Shown here: positions 24,527-40,647 of the stretch, in pieces
How the letters are laid out: every line of letters starts with the position of its first letter
How positions within the stretch are numbered: position 1 is the first letter of the stretch
Origin: Pelomyxa schiedti
Lineage: Eukaryota > Protista > Evosea
NCBI GenBank assembly: GCA_020536535.1
Contig: JAHLWZ010000386.1
Location: 62,001 to 126,000, forward strand
Length of the DNA: 64,000 bases
Reading direction: 5' to 3'
Program-made: the position numbers and the translations under genes
Notes under the pieces: generated by a model
What the model saw: only the letters and a program-made list of their open reading frames with translations
Database searches by the model: none
What the model was told of the DNA's origin: nothing

Positions 24527-27500
24527 ATGTCGTCAGCAGTAGAATCTCCAAGATCTGTGTCTCCGGGTGATGAAAAAACCAGGGGTCAGTGGGAGAAGGA
24601 TTTGTTGTCGGCGTTGGAGCGAGTTGTGTCTCGTAAGCCTCCTGTGTCAGCAAAGAAAATAAAACAAGTTACGAAGTTGGCTCTCGAAGCGGTGAAGGTT
24701 TTGCCCTTTTCCCCCTTCTTTTTTTCTCTCTTATTTCCCCTTATTAACGTTGGTGTCCCTAGTTTTATAAATTGGTGGTGCATTACGTCGAGACTCAATT
24801 AGCAAAATCACCCAAAGAACACAAACTCTCCATTTTGTACATCATTGACTCTATTTGCAGGTACACAAGTACTATACCTTCTACTTTTTTTCCCTTTTTT
24901 TTCTTAGTTCTTATCCTTTTCAGAACTTCAAAGAGTAAACTTGGTTCGAACGATGTATATATTCCTAGGTTCAGTCTAAAGATGGAACAAACTTTTCTGC
25001 AAATGTGCCAGTGTGCACCTCAAGATTTTGTAAGTTCTTATTCAATAAGTTTCTTCTATGTAATTTACGCTCCTGTCTTCTTGTTACCAGGAACAAGTAA
25101 GTCGCATTGTATCCATCTGGGAGCGAGAAAAAGTCTTTCCTCCCTCTATTTTGGTTACTCTCAATTGTCTCATCACTGAACACTCTTACACGGTAAGTAC
25201 TTTTCCATTGCTTCCTAGTGATTTATTTTTATTCAGGTTTCTCAAAAAAAACTTCCACCAGGTTTGTTACCTGTGCCTTTAGGTTTTTTTTTATTTTGTC
25301 TTTCAAGTAAAGTTATCAAGTTTATTTACAAGAGTTTAGACACTCCAAAACCCGAAAAACTGGATGCTCAAAGCGTGCGATTTTATATCGCCATAATCTC
25401 TCTTTCACTTACATTCATAGGTGTCCACTCCCTCCCAGGGCAGTGTACCGTTGCACCCGGAAATGAGTACAACAAACACCCCCCAGGTTTCTCGGCTGTT
25501 ACAGATATTTACTTATCTTTATCAATTGACTAGGCCAGTGAAACCGGCATAAAAACTGAGCCAAATAGCATGTATTCTATTTCCAGCGGTTTTTCCTTTC
25601 TTTACCTTACGTAGAATACCCACCCAGCCACCTCAACTTAGAGGTAATGTGTTCGTATTTAGTCTCTTTCTATGCTCAAGCTTCCTAGTGAAGAGTAGCA
25701 CTCTGTGGGTAGGAAATCTTCCGCCAACTGCAGATCTTTCCGTCCTGGTATTATTATTCTCGAACTATGGCACAATTATTCGCAATAATGTACATTCCTC
25801 GGCTCCTTTTTCCAAACAGTGAATTCATTGCACAGATGTTTCCTGATAGAGGAATAGCATTCATAGAATTTGAAAAGCGAGAGTGTGCGGAAGTTGCACG
25901 CCAGGCTTTATCGGGGTATGGTCTGTGGGGTAACAAGATCAAGGTACCAAGTTACAAACCTCTGCTTTCTGATATGTTAAGGTTGGTTGGGCACGGGGAA
26001 TGTTTAAAACGGAATCCTTTGACTATAGCACGGGTGAAGCTGTCATTTCACATACACCAAATCCTTCCTTTAGTGTACCTCCGCCGATTTATCAAGTACC
26101 ACAAGCACAGCCCCTACTTTACCCTACTTCCTTCTTCCCAACCCCTCCACCCACACAAGTTCCCCAACCAGTTGTCTATGCTCAGCCGAACTCAAATCCG
26201 AATTACCCGGCATTGTACCAACCATATTACTCGCAACCACTCCTCGCTCCCGCATGCCAAAGCTCACTGGGAAGCTCTGTTCCAGCTCAAAACACTGCTG
26301 TCTGTAATACTTCATCACATGCCACATGTGAGTTACCGTCTCAATGCATGGCTGGACAACAACAGCAGGCCATCACACAGCCTGAAGTGAATTCCCAAAA
26401 GCTTGACAGTAGTCTAAAATCGGAGCAGAGTCATTCACAAGCCCTCCAAGACTTACAGTGCGACTTGCAGCGGATCAATTCAGATCCAGCCTCTGAGAAC
26501 ATGTCAGAACTTCTATCGATTTCAAATAGTAAAGACACTCCAAAAGACAGACCCAAAGACCCGAAAGAACAAACACAGCATTTCGATCCCACTCGCCCTC
26601 TGCAGCCTGACCAAGTTTCCGTCACTGTGATTTCCAGCTCAAATGATTCTCACAATCTCACCCCAACGCCAGAAGACCTCAAGTGTGCCACCTCACTATT
26701 ATCATGGTTTCAGGATAGCCTACATCCATCCTACCAGATAGTAGACAACTCTTTACCTCAATGTGATATTGATGGCCTTCCTTTGTCATTACTGATGAGC
26801 GTTTACTCCCGTCTCAGTGAAGGAGACAGTGAGAAATCAAGCCTATCCAGCTCACCTATAAGATGGAGAGACCAATCAGAAGATCGATATCACGTTCGCA
26901 AGGGATGCAGAGGGAGCCACCGCCACCAGAGTACAGGAGTAGTTGACAAACAAAGTAATTTGGAGAAAAAGCACCAGCAACGCAACAATAGTCACAGAAA
27001 TCGCAGCAGAAGCCCTAGCACATGTACAAGTAGTCACAGCACCACATCTCCAAGTATTATGTACAGAAGAGGAAGAAAACCTGAAAGAAGATCCAGAAGT
27101 ACGTCTAGTACCTCCAGTGTTAGTCATTCGAGAACAGTTTCAACCACAAGATCATCATCCAGAAAGCGGAGACCGAAGGCAAGGCTGGAAATAGAAACGC
27201 CGAACTCGGTACCTTCTTCCAGACGGAACGAAGACGATGACTCTATCAATGCAAGTGACAATAATAGCGAATCCGCCGAGAGTAAGAGGACTATTACGCA
27301 AAGGAAAAGAAAGAGAAAGAGAGATAGAAAAGGCTGTACTATTAGTAGTAGAATAGAAACCAGCGGAGAGTCTACAACAGACAGCGAGAATTATAAAAGT
27401 AGGTTTTCAAGGAATGCCACTTCCACCAGTAGCACAGCACACAGGAACAAAGCTAGCAAACACCGCCGCAGAAAGGATACCAACAAACACCAATCAGAAA

Positions 27501-27703
27501 AAGCACACACACGGCATCACTCACCAACAAGGAACCGTGGAAGCAGCACAGACTCCACAACATCACACACTCGCCAAAGCAGTGATTCCAGGTATGACTC
27601 CACCTCACACATCAAAACCAAGAGGAGACGACACAACACACAGAAAACAACAGCAGCACCAGCAGACCCTCCCACAAACCCAGTCATCACAACAAACACA
27701 TAA
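24527..27703 (+). CDS. CID + RRM RNA Pol II CTD-binding protein (SCAF4/SCAF8/Seb1-like) with an Arg/Ser-rich tail
   Basis: CID KPPVSAKKIKQVTKLAL...YKLVVHYVETQLAKSPKEHKLSILYIIDSICR; RRM SSTLWVGNLP...RGIAFIEFEKRECAEVARQAL...IK|VGWARG. Confidence 0.88.
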
Positions 27704-27842
27704 ACAAATCCTACCCCATACACAACACAATACTGTGAGTGAAGAAAAACCCAAAAGTCCAGGCTAGATGCTTAGGCTTTTTCCCAACATTCTGTCTTAA
27801 TCTTCGTCTCTGCCTTTCTATTCTAAATTACACTTCGGGGAA

Positions 27843-30800
27843 ATGCGTTCCTCTGATGCTGGACTTGGTGCCAACACCACAAGCGCATCCGAGACGAGCC
27901 AACATCGACCGGGGAATGATGCCAACGAAAAACGAATAGTGGCGGGGGAGGAATGTGACGGTGAGGGGAACTATTATGTCGAAGGGCCACTGTCAAAAGC
28001 ACCCATAATGACTTTGGGTTCCTCTGTCGACGAGCTGCCGGCACTTGCAGAGGACGTGTCAGTGCTTCCACCGGCGGCAGCGGAGGCAATTGTGGGAAAA
28101 AGTGGTGAGGGTGTGGAGGAGGCAGCGCGTCGACTTTTTGGTTCTGTTGTGAATGACCCCCCAGTTGTGAAAGTATTCCATGTGGATTCCAGTGGAAAAT
28201 GGCAGGATTCTGGAACAGGTTTACTGAATGTGAAGAGGGAACTGGTGTGTGAGAATCTTGTTGAGTTTGGCTTACTGAACCTGCCTTTTTTTTTTTTTTT
28301 TTTCATCTTGAAAACAGGGTGGAGGCTCTGTTGGTCGTTTTTCCATGATAGTAATTGGTGAGGATGGGCACAGTGAACTCTTGGTTTGTCCCTTTTCTCA
28401 CTGTTTATAAACTATCCAACATTTTCCCCAGAATGAAGCCATCAGCACTGGGAGAAAGTACACAATTCAGAAGGGTTCTTATTTGACATTCAGTTCTAGT
28501 TTAACTTGAAAAACAGGTGCTGTTATTGTGTGGGAGACTTTGGAAGACCCAGAGGATGTAATGAAATCTCTGAGTTTTGAGGACCCAGATGCCTGCACAT
28601 CCTTTTTGTTGTCTCCAATAACTTGTTTTTAGTTATTTATTCCTTTTTTTTTCTTTTCTTAGTACAGACATCTCAGAGTATCAAAAATATGCACAAATAC
28701 TAGAACTCTCGCTTCCTCCTATTGATGAGGATAATGTGGGTACAATTGCAGGCCACATGTGCTTGATCCAGCTTCAGCATCTAGTACACTGAATTTTCTT
28801 TTTGTTCAAAATTAATTTCACTTTTTAAAAAGGTGGATCTTGCACACAGATTTTTGGAACTTGTAAGTTCATTGCCTCTCTTTCTATTTTTGATTTTTTT
28901 TCAGGACAACCTAGACAAAGTTAATTTATTATTCCAGAAGTGTGAGGAAAAACATTCTACCCTCAAATTGCAGTATTTTTATGTAATCTTTAAATCACTG
29001 GGTATAACTTCTCATTTTCCTTGATATAATACCCATAATTGTGCCAGTTCTCCTTTCTAACACTGAAGCGATTAAGATACTTGTGTCAGAAAAATATTAT
29101 CTTCTTCTCTTTGGGTCGTTAGAATGTATGAATTTTTATTGTTGGGAATACTAACCTTTGAGCAAAGATGACCCGCTTGTACCTGAGGAATTTCACATAT
29201 CTCACAGAGAATGGCTGAGATCGAAAGCCACATTTAAGGTTCATTTGCGCAATGGAGAACAACAAACACTTATTTTTATGCAGAGAGTGCTGCCCACTTT
29301 AAGTGATGGTATCAGCACAGTTATACACTCCACGTTTAGACTTCACTACCTCAGAGACGTTTGTTTGGCACGGTTTGTCCATCACATTGGCTTTTTCCCT
29401 TAGACAAGCATTTTCCAGAGTCATAGATGAGGCGACTTTTAATGTTCTCACAGCTATGATGAATGTCAACTACATTGTACTCTTCCTTCTCAAACTTTTT
29501 TTTTTCTATGGGATGACCACTTTTCCTAGGAGATTGCTCATTTCATCGCAGAGGATGAAGCTTTGCAAAGAACTACGTGAGTTGATATTATTCACTTTCC
29601 CTCTTGCTGTAGCAACTCCCAATCATACACCAGAATAAAGGAACTATTACTATCCCAACCAGGATCCTCGCACAGAATTGACTTGCTTAATTTCCTGCAA
29701 GAACTTTTTGAAGTATCCAAGAGGCTCGATGTCTCTGAAAGGCTCTCAATTATGAAGTAGTTTCCTTGTCCAACAACATGCCAACCTCAAAAAGGACACT
29801 GTGCGAATCTGGTTTACTCACAGCCACTACAGAAATACTTGGGGACACACATTCTCGATGTAGATTACTGGGGTTTAATAAGATGATGAAATAAGTATTT
29901 ACTGAAGTATGGTATTCCAGGTTCGAAATTTTATCCGGAGTGATTGCCTTCTGTCCTGAACAGTTGCACCATCATATCATTCACGATCCTGGGATTGATA
30001 AAGCCAAGGGCACCTTGTTATACAGTATTGTTAAATGGTATGCCAAGTCGAGCACACTCTTCCTAACACCTCCCAGTTTGCTTTATGATAAAGATTATGG
30101 TGTCGTCTGTTTTGCAGCAGAAATTTTAGCTGCTGCATCCAATCCGGATATCATGGTAACCATTTTTTCTCCTTTTCGAATTTGTAAGTTGTGCTAGTCA
30201 CAGTACCAATCTGAGTTTCTGGACTTTTTTTATTCTGGAGCTGTTCCTTGGATAGCCCTGCCCTTTTATGATCCTGAGAGTATCTGGAGAAACACTTTGG
30301 TGCAAGAAAATTTGTTCATGAAAGGGTTTGAACAGACAACCCCTGAGTTTGGAGATGGTTCTCGTGAAGTCATATGCGATTTGCTTAGCTTCTTTAGTGT
30401 CAGGCATAAGCAGAGAGCATTAAGATTCCTGTTGGAACGTGATGTTCTTGTTCGGGTCGTGGAATTGGTGAAGTCACCAGAGAGACACCTTGCAGTTGGT
30501 AGCATCAAAAAACAACTCATCCTATCCTCTCTCTCACTTCCCAATAATAGGAGCTGTAAAATTCTTGCGGAACATTATTAATGTGCGAGAAACAGAGTAC
30601 ATAGACTATATCCTATCCCGAAAATTACTCTCCCCACTGCTAGATATGCTTTGTTCCAGTTTCCCCAAGGACAACCTTGTGAATTCCTTGATCCTTGAAT
30701 TACTTTCGTTTTGTGTAAAGGTAACTCCCCGGGCCACACAAAAGCGCGGAAAAACAATCTAGCTTACCATCCCTCCACAGGAGAAGTTATCCCCGTTGAT

Positions 30801-31032
30801 TGTCTCGATGGTAGAACAACACGAAGCTTGGCTGAGGGCACACCGATATTTATACCCCATCGGAGCACTAGTTGAAGAATATGACAGCCTTACTACCAAA
30901 TCACCGGCGAAAGAGTGTGCTGAGGTGCAGAACCCTGATGAATCTTCCGCTCTTGGAAAAAGACCACCACTCACAGAACCAGCAGTAGACACACAACAGC
31001 CCTCCCACACCAAAAGGTCCCGTTGTGAGTAA
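27843..31032 (+). CDS. PPP4R3: Protein phosphatase 4 regulatory subunit 3 (SMEK/Psy2)
   Basis: EVH1-like VKVFHVDSSGKWQDSGTG...SLSFEDPDACT; SMK-1 domain LFGSLE|DDP...HREWL...IHSTFRLHYLRDVCLAR|VIDEATFNVL; KDNLVNSLILEL. Confidence 0.9.
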
Positions 31033-31251
31033 AAAGACAAAACAAGTTGTTGCTGTGCCACTTCTGATAGAGTATCAGATTTTAAAAAGCGGAAAAAAAA
31101 ATCTCATCACGTGGCAACGGTTTGTTTACGAATCGACACTATCCGGCGTAGGAAGGTACCAATAACAGAGAAGAGGCCTCAGGGATGTTGGCCACGGGGT
31201 CGAAATAATTATGGGTTCTCTGAGTAAACCTCTCATTTCTTCTCGAATTAG

Positions 31252-33042
31252 TTAGTGGTTGTGTTTGGTGTGGAGGAGAATGTGGGCCAATGCGGAACCT
31301 GGTGATCCCAGGAAATGTGAATAGAGGTGTTGTACAAGCTGGTTCCCTCTAGGGTTCCTCTGTGTTGAGGTGGTGTCAATGCTACACAGTGCGGATGACC
31401 GGTTATCCAGAGTAGTGGGTGAAGTTGCTTGCGGCTGACCTCCCCCGCCAACACAGCCACCAACGCAGGCCATAACCTCTACTAGGTGCATTGTATCTTT
31501 GGTGTTGCTGTTGAGTTTCAGGTTGTGTAGGAATTTTTGGGCATTGGAGGAGCCGTGGATACTGGCTATGTTGATTGTTGGTCCTTGGGGGAGTGGGAAC
31601 TTGGCAATTCTGACACTGTCAGTATCTCCGCTTGTGAACGTGAGCTAGGTGAAATTTTAGCAGGAAGATAGTATTGATACTGTTACATACCTTTGGGAGC
31701 AATGCGTGACTGGAATTGAGATTCCTGCAAACTGCTTCAGCAACGCCACCAGGAACACTAAACAGCGCAGCCGCACCAGAGCTGTAGCCGAGCGGGTCGT
31801 CAAAGTCACTTGATGGAACGGTATCCCAGTCTTGAAATGGTATCAGCTTGCTTATTTTCGTTTTGCTCGGGCGAGTGTATTTGATAATTGAAGATACCAA
31901 TGCTTAGGGCATTCAAGAGGCGACCAAATTCTCTTGTGGTGAGAACAAGGTCAACATCTCTTTTACCGTCTCTGAGGAGGGTGGATTTATGAATTTCTTC
32001 CTTTTTTGAAAGGCATGGCATCAATGAAATCTTTTGAAAATGTGAATGAGTTTTGACTGGAAGAAATTATACATGAAAAATTTTCTTTGGATCGATTTTG
32101 TGCTGAGCAGCGAAATAAGTCTTTACTATGGCGCCCATCATTGACATAGGTGATTTACACTGAGATAAATTCTAAGGGAAAATCAGATAGGTTGGATAAA
32201 AGGCAAGCCAGCACATCGGAGAACTCTGGATATTTCTTTTCTATCAACGTAACCCATGAGGAACAACAGGAAGTGAACATAGGAAACGGACCACCTGGAG
32301 AATTAACTCCAGGAATGTTCGGACAATTTTGTACCTCTTTCAATCCTTTTCATCAACTCAGTGGATTCCTCGATTACAGTCAAATCCGCTGCAAACCCAG
32401 TATCAATTACGTACTGGAAGCCTGCTTTCCTACATGCTCCTACCACTTTGTGCACCTGGTTTCCCTTGGATTGCGCACTTTTAAAGCACTCAGCAACGGA
32501 AACTCTTGCCTTTATGACTTAATTGCCGTCTAATGCTGTAGGGTATACTAACTGAAGGGGATATCTGAATGACAGTTACGAGATCAGGGTCTTGCAGTGC
32601 ACGTATGGCGTTTGGTACATCGTCACACTCTGTGATTGCCCCTGTTTTACAGGCGATGGTACATTGGCCACAAGAAATACAATCCGATTCAACCAGCGGA
32701 ACATTCCCCTTCACTGACATTCTCGGCCCTATGTGAATAACAAAGTTTGTGCTGTTGAAAATATATAGAATATTTAACAGTTCATTGAATTGTACGGCCT
32801 AAATACAGTTTAATGTAATTAGTCCCAAACCAACCTTTAGGTGATCCCATAAGTGCCAATACATTGAGGCCTTGATGCGAAGTGCACACCCTCTCGCACT
32901 TACGGCACCCAATGCACTTGCTCCAGTCAATTGAGACTGCACGTGCCGATCTGTCAATCCCAGAGTGATACCCACGTTGATTAACAAAAAAAGCTCTGGG
33001 CACTGGTACAACACTGCGCCACAACGACCCAACAAGCGCCAT
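31252..33042 (-). CDS. hydA: [FeFe]-hydrogenase (2x[4Fe-4S] + H-domain + small-subunit region) with an N-terminal presequence
   Basis: CIGCRKCERVC and CISCGQCTIAC ferredoxin motifs; H-cluster motifs FTSCCSSW, LMPCLSKKEE, EVMACVGGCVGGGGQP; C-terminal LYSHFLGSPGSALAHILLHT. Confidence 0.95.
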
Positions 33043-33471
33043 CAATCAAAAACTGTGTACCATCTGGAACCCGAATTCTCTGCCTGTGGAACTCCCTTCG
33101 AGGGCTCTGGATTGGATTCTCTTTGTATGTGATTTTGACCCTTCATCCCCGAGCCAGGCTTGTGTATGGGGAAGGGTCTTTTCGAGAAGGATCGGTTTTG
33201 ATCACTTTAGAAGAACGGTGACGACACCGACGACTACGTTGTTCGTTCCTCAGCATTTCGATATGTCAAATTGGCATCAGTTCCCTGCAGATTCGAGGCA
33301 CCGAAAAAATAATTTGCGGGTTGGCATTTCACAACAAATAACACAACCCCATACACACCTCAAGCACAACAACAAAGACAAACAACAACCGACTTAAAAG
33401 ACAACAGTCTCCCTTCAACCCACACTCCGCGTAGTACGTCGAAACCACTCCCCGCTACTTGTCGGTCCAAA

Positions 33472-36336
<2,865 letters not shown>

Positions 36337-36496
36337 TAAGCATAGGTCTGTTGCACGTGCGACCCAGCGATCAAAACAAAACATCAACCTTTTCTGAACT
36401 GTTGCACTGGACAACACCACTGACTTCTGCACCTTTTTTACATAACACCCAAGGCCTTGTTTTTGAAACGGTTTTACGAGAACCTGATCCAAGAAG

Positions 36497-37625
36497 ATGA
36501 CACGTTGTTGGGTTGTGGGACTTGTTGTTTGCTGCGTTGGAGTCGCGTTGTGTGGTGCTGGTTCATTCAACCCCTCAGTTGTCACAAAGCTTCTTCTCCT
36601 TAACAGGTTTTTTCGTCTGCCTGTTGTTGCCAAAAGAAAAAAAAAAACTTTCATGTATGACCTATTTTCCCCTCATCATGTTCAGGGACTACGCAGTTCT
36701 TCCAGGATTTGTGAAACTGAACAATGGGTCTTCGTTGCCGTTCAACTTGAGCTCTGGATTTTCCATGTCTTTTGAAGTTCAGGTCGAGTCCAAGTCCAGT
36801 GCCGCCAAAATTCTGTTTGATGGTGCTGAGGTAATTTCCCACATTGATTGTAGACTACTTTCAAATGTTTTTCAACCTATTCTCTACACATAGGTTCAAG
36901 CCATTGACCTGAACAATGGTGACAATGGGGATGACTTTCAGGCTCCAAATTCACGTGACAATAACGTCAACACACTGCGATATCTCGCTTCGAAGTCAGT
37001 GCTCAGTGAAGTGTTCTTCGATGTTGTGGACTTCACTGCCGGAACATTCCTCAACTCGTTCGTGGATGAAGATGGAATCAATGGAGGGGACCAGGTTGGC
37101 TTCATGGTCACAACTCCCGACGAATCATCCATCTACATCACAGTTACTACAGTGGGATTCTTTGACCCCTCAGTCATCAACACCCTGGTCATTTACAACC
37201 AGAATTACAACACTCTCCCAGTGAGAGTCCACATCAACGATGCAGTGGACCCAACTGAAGTCGACCTGTATGCCACCGGCACATTGGAATTCGGGCTTTC
37301 AGTGCATCAGGACAGTGGGAAGACCTACCTGACATGGGAGGACTACAGCAGAATTGTTGAGATGGTAGACCTCAATGATGGGTCCGCGGCTGATGACTTT
37401 GATGCACCCAACTGTGACGAGAACAGGGACAACACTCTCGTGTACTTTGCAGGCAGGAACCTGGTTGGAATCCGCACAGACGTCGTGGCCGTGGACTTTG
37501 ATTCATCAACTTACACGTTCTCCTTTGTGGACGAGGACGGCATCAATGGGGGCAACGCTGCCCACTTCGAGATTTCCCAGCAGGACTCTGCCCTCTGGGT
37601 CGCAATCACTTTCCAAGACTCGTAG
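36497..37625 (+). CDS. Secreted acidic protein with two tandem copies of an unknown beta-rich domain
   Basis: Hydrophobic signal peptide MTRCWVVGLVVCCVGVALCGA; repeated DLNxG..DDFxAPN...NTLxYxA...VDF...SFVDEDGINGG; two introns. Confidence 0.75.
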
Positions 37626-38032
37626 CTCCTTCAATAAGAACAAAATGGGAGTGTCATCTTTTAAACAAACAAAGCAACCCCAATCATGAGGGGGTGGCCA
37701 CATCTCAGGAAAAAAAGCACCAAGAGACAAGAGAACAAGAAAAAAATGGTTTTGAGGTCAGACTAACTTCTGTTTCACATGGTTGTTCTGTGGTGACTTG
37801 TGGTAGTTGCTCGAAGTTGTTTGTTCTGGTGCTGCTGTATTTGTGTTGGTATCTGTTTGTGTTTGGGTTTGTGGTTGTGCCTGGGTCTGTGCTGGTTGTG
37901 TGGGGTTTGTGGGTGTGCCGCAGGGGGTTGTGTTGGTGTTGGTGTCAGTGTCGGTGTCGGTGGCCGCAACTGAGTCCAATAGAACCTCCGATTGTATGCC
38001 ATTCTTTGCCATCCAAAGGATCATCATAGTGC

Positions 38033-38976
38033 CGACGATAGGCGATGGAGCACAACACCATATCTGGTTCATAGGGGCGAAATTTCTTCCTCAGGAAAAG
38101 CCTCTATGTTTGGAAAAATTTTCGCCCGGGCGAAACAACCGTTTTCCTCTATGATGTATTGTGTGGGACTTTTGCCCGGGGCGAAAGCCATGGGTGGCTC
38201 AAACAACGTTGTTGTCTCAGGAGGTGTTATATATTTGTCGTTAACAAGCACTTTGCCCCACTCAAATCATCAACATGACCTCCGACCCAGACTGAGGAGT
38301 TTCTGATTATGTTAGGCGAAGATTCCTTTTTCCCGTTAGGGATTGAATAACTGTCGAACTGTGCACTGTGACGTGGTGCGTTGTGACAGTTAGCCAGTGT
38401 AGAGTTGTTTGCCCCCAATACTGGTGCTGCCGGAAATGCGACAGTTGAATGAGGGAAAAAAAAGCGCTTTTTTTTTTCTGTGATCAGTCATCAGGCCCAC
38501 AGTCATCTTCTCAAGGTGTCCCCAAACCAGGCGCCGCCTGACTGAGAAATGGGGTCTAGAGCACATATGTGAAAGTTCGCTGTTGTGACAGAGGGGTATG
38601 GGCGCGGGACTGATCGATGATGGCGAAAAAAAGGTAAGGTATTGTTTTTCCTCCTTCGACTGTCGCCTTTCCGGCAACACAGGTCTTGGGGGCAAACAAC
38701 TCTACACTGTCCAACGGTCACAACGCACCACGTCAGTGCACAGTCTGGTGGCCAGATTGGTTCGTCCCAAGTCCAAGTCGACTTCCTTATAAAGAAACTT
38801 ATCTCTGGAATTTTGCCCAGGGCGAAATTTTTCCCTGGAATTTTGCATGAACTGTTACATCTTCGCTTGAGTGACGACCCCGATCTCGTTCCTCGTGCCG
38901 CCTTTGGTCGTGATCTCGCTCCTCGTAGCGGTCTCTGTTGTCGCCGTCTCGTGTTGTGCTCCATCGCCTATCGTCG
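38033..38976. mobile_element. Foldback/MITE-like nested inverted-repeat structure
   Basis: Perfect 26-bp IR at 38033-38058 / 38951-38976. Inner ~100-bp imperfect IR at 38358-38460 / 38645-38744. Several TTTYGCCC(N)GGGCGAAA hairpins. No transposase or target-site duplication seen. Confidence 0.55.
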
Positions 38977-40647
38977 TGTTGATTGTTGTAGTTGGCGCTG
39001 CCACCGTCGTTGTATAAGTTGTTGTTGCCGTATGACGCCATCTACGACAATCCACTGAGTGCCGCGGTTGCTGTTGCTGCTGTTTAAAAAAATATAAAAA
39101 ATGAATGGGTCACCTTTTTATGTTGCGGGTTTGACAGGTCCAATTTTAGCATCAGATGTGCGGGAAAAAAGAAGGGAAGGCCTTGTTTGTTTTGTTTGCC
39201 TTGGCAACACGTGGAGGGGAATAAAAAATATAACTGCGAGTTACACTGACGCCTTATGTTAGTATGCGTAACCAGTGATAAGTCAAGCAAGACTCCAAAA
39301 AGCAGGTGGTGGGTGGTGGTCCATTCAACAAACAAACTCAATGATCTGGGAGTGACTGAAATCGGGAATTAGAGTTTGGGTTTAGGAGTCCAGAGATCCA
39401 CACTACCTGAGAGAAAGCACACAGAGCACAGCAATGAAAGAATGCCAACAGTGACGAAGGAGTCCTCCAAAAAAGAGCAAGCAAGTGTGACCTGACCGAC
39501 TCTCCAATAAACAGCAATCAGCAATCTGAGAGTGAATGTCGAAATTAGAGTTCGGGTTTAGTACAAAAGAAGCAGACATAGTGGAGTCAACAAGCAAGTC
39601 TCCAAAGTGTAGTCAAGAAGAAGTACAAAAGAAGAAGTCCAATCAATATTCTGTGATGATATAACAAACCCCATCCAAAACCAATACCTTCCTTTTTGAT
39701 TGATTGATTGATGCCGTGCGGAAAAAGAGAGCACCTGCTATATGCCCAACCACAAATGAAGATGTGAACTGGGCAGTGAACCCACCCCCGGTGGGCCCCA
39801 GCCGGCCTCTATGATTTCCCCCTTGAAGAATGCTCTTGGTCACAGCGCACAAAACCCATTCACCACTAATATGCTGACAATAGCACCAAAGCAACTGCTG
39901 GGTGTGTGCTGTAATGTATTTTAGGTTAGACGTTTCACCAAACACCAAAAAGCAGTCACTATGGCACAAAGGAACGAGAGACCCTGGAAAAATACAGACA
40001 GCAGAAACACGGGTGACGACGTACGTACCATGCAAGTAGTTGTCTTTGTGCGTGGGTGACATGAAGATCTCAAGATCTCGTGTGTCGTTCGGCACCCACG
40101 CATCACCTCCCCTGATTCTTGTTTTTTTTTTTTTTTTTTTTTTTGCTTCTTGTGGCAAAGGTACTTCGGTTAGAAATTAGGGATGGCTCCTCGCCACACT
40201 TCTGTTTTATTTTGTTTTCCCACAAAAACGGCACCAAGTTGGTTACGTTTTCTGGTTGTGTGGGTGTTTGTGGCTCCCAGATCAGACATAGACCTTATCG
40301 CCCCTGTCTGCTTTTTTTTTGTTTTGTTGGGTAGGACGCAAGCCCTCCCTTTTTTGCATAATAGTAGAAAGAGAGTGTTGTCCACAATCAGATAATGACC
40401 AACACAGGGATAAAGAGAAGAAAACTTCTTTTATGTCGTTTATGGTCTAACGGAGCGTCTTAGGAAGTCTGGTGACAAGCACGAAGGAACAACCTGAGAT
40501 CGGTACGCACCCCTCTAGAACCTGCTATGCCGGTATTTGATTTGAAAAAAAAAAAGTGGTGTTTGTTTCGAAAAGATTGCTGAGCCGCTATACAACGTTG
40601 GTGATTCCATATAGTGACATTCATTACTCTATGGTTTTTTGGGGTAT

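Noticed and set aside
39643-40395. ORFs in the 39.6-40.4 kb interval
   Set aside because: They depend on homopolymer runs and show no recognisable motif or coherent exon chain.
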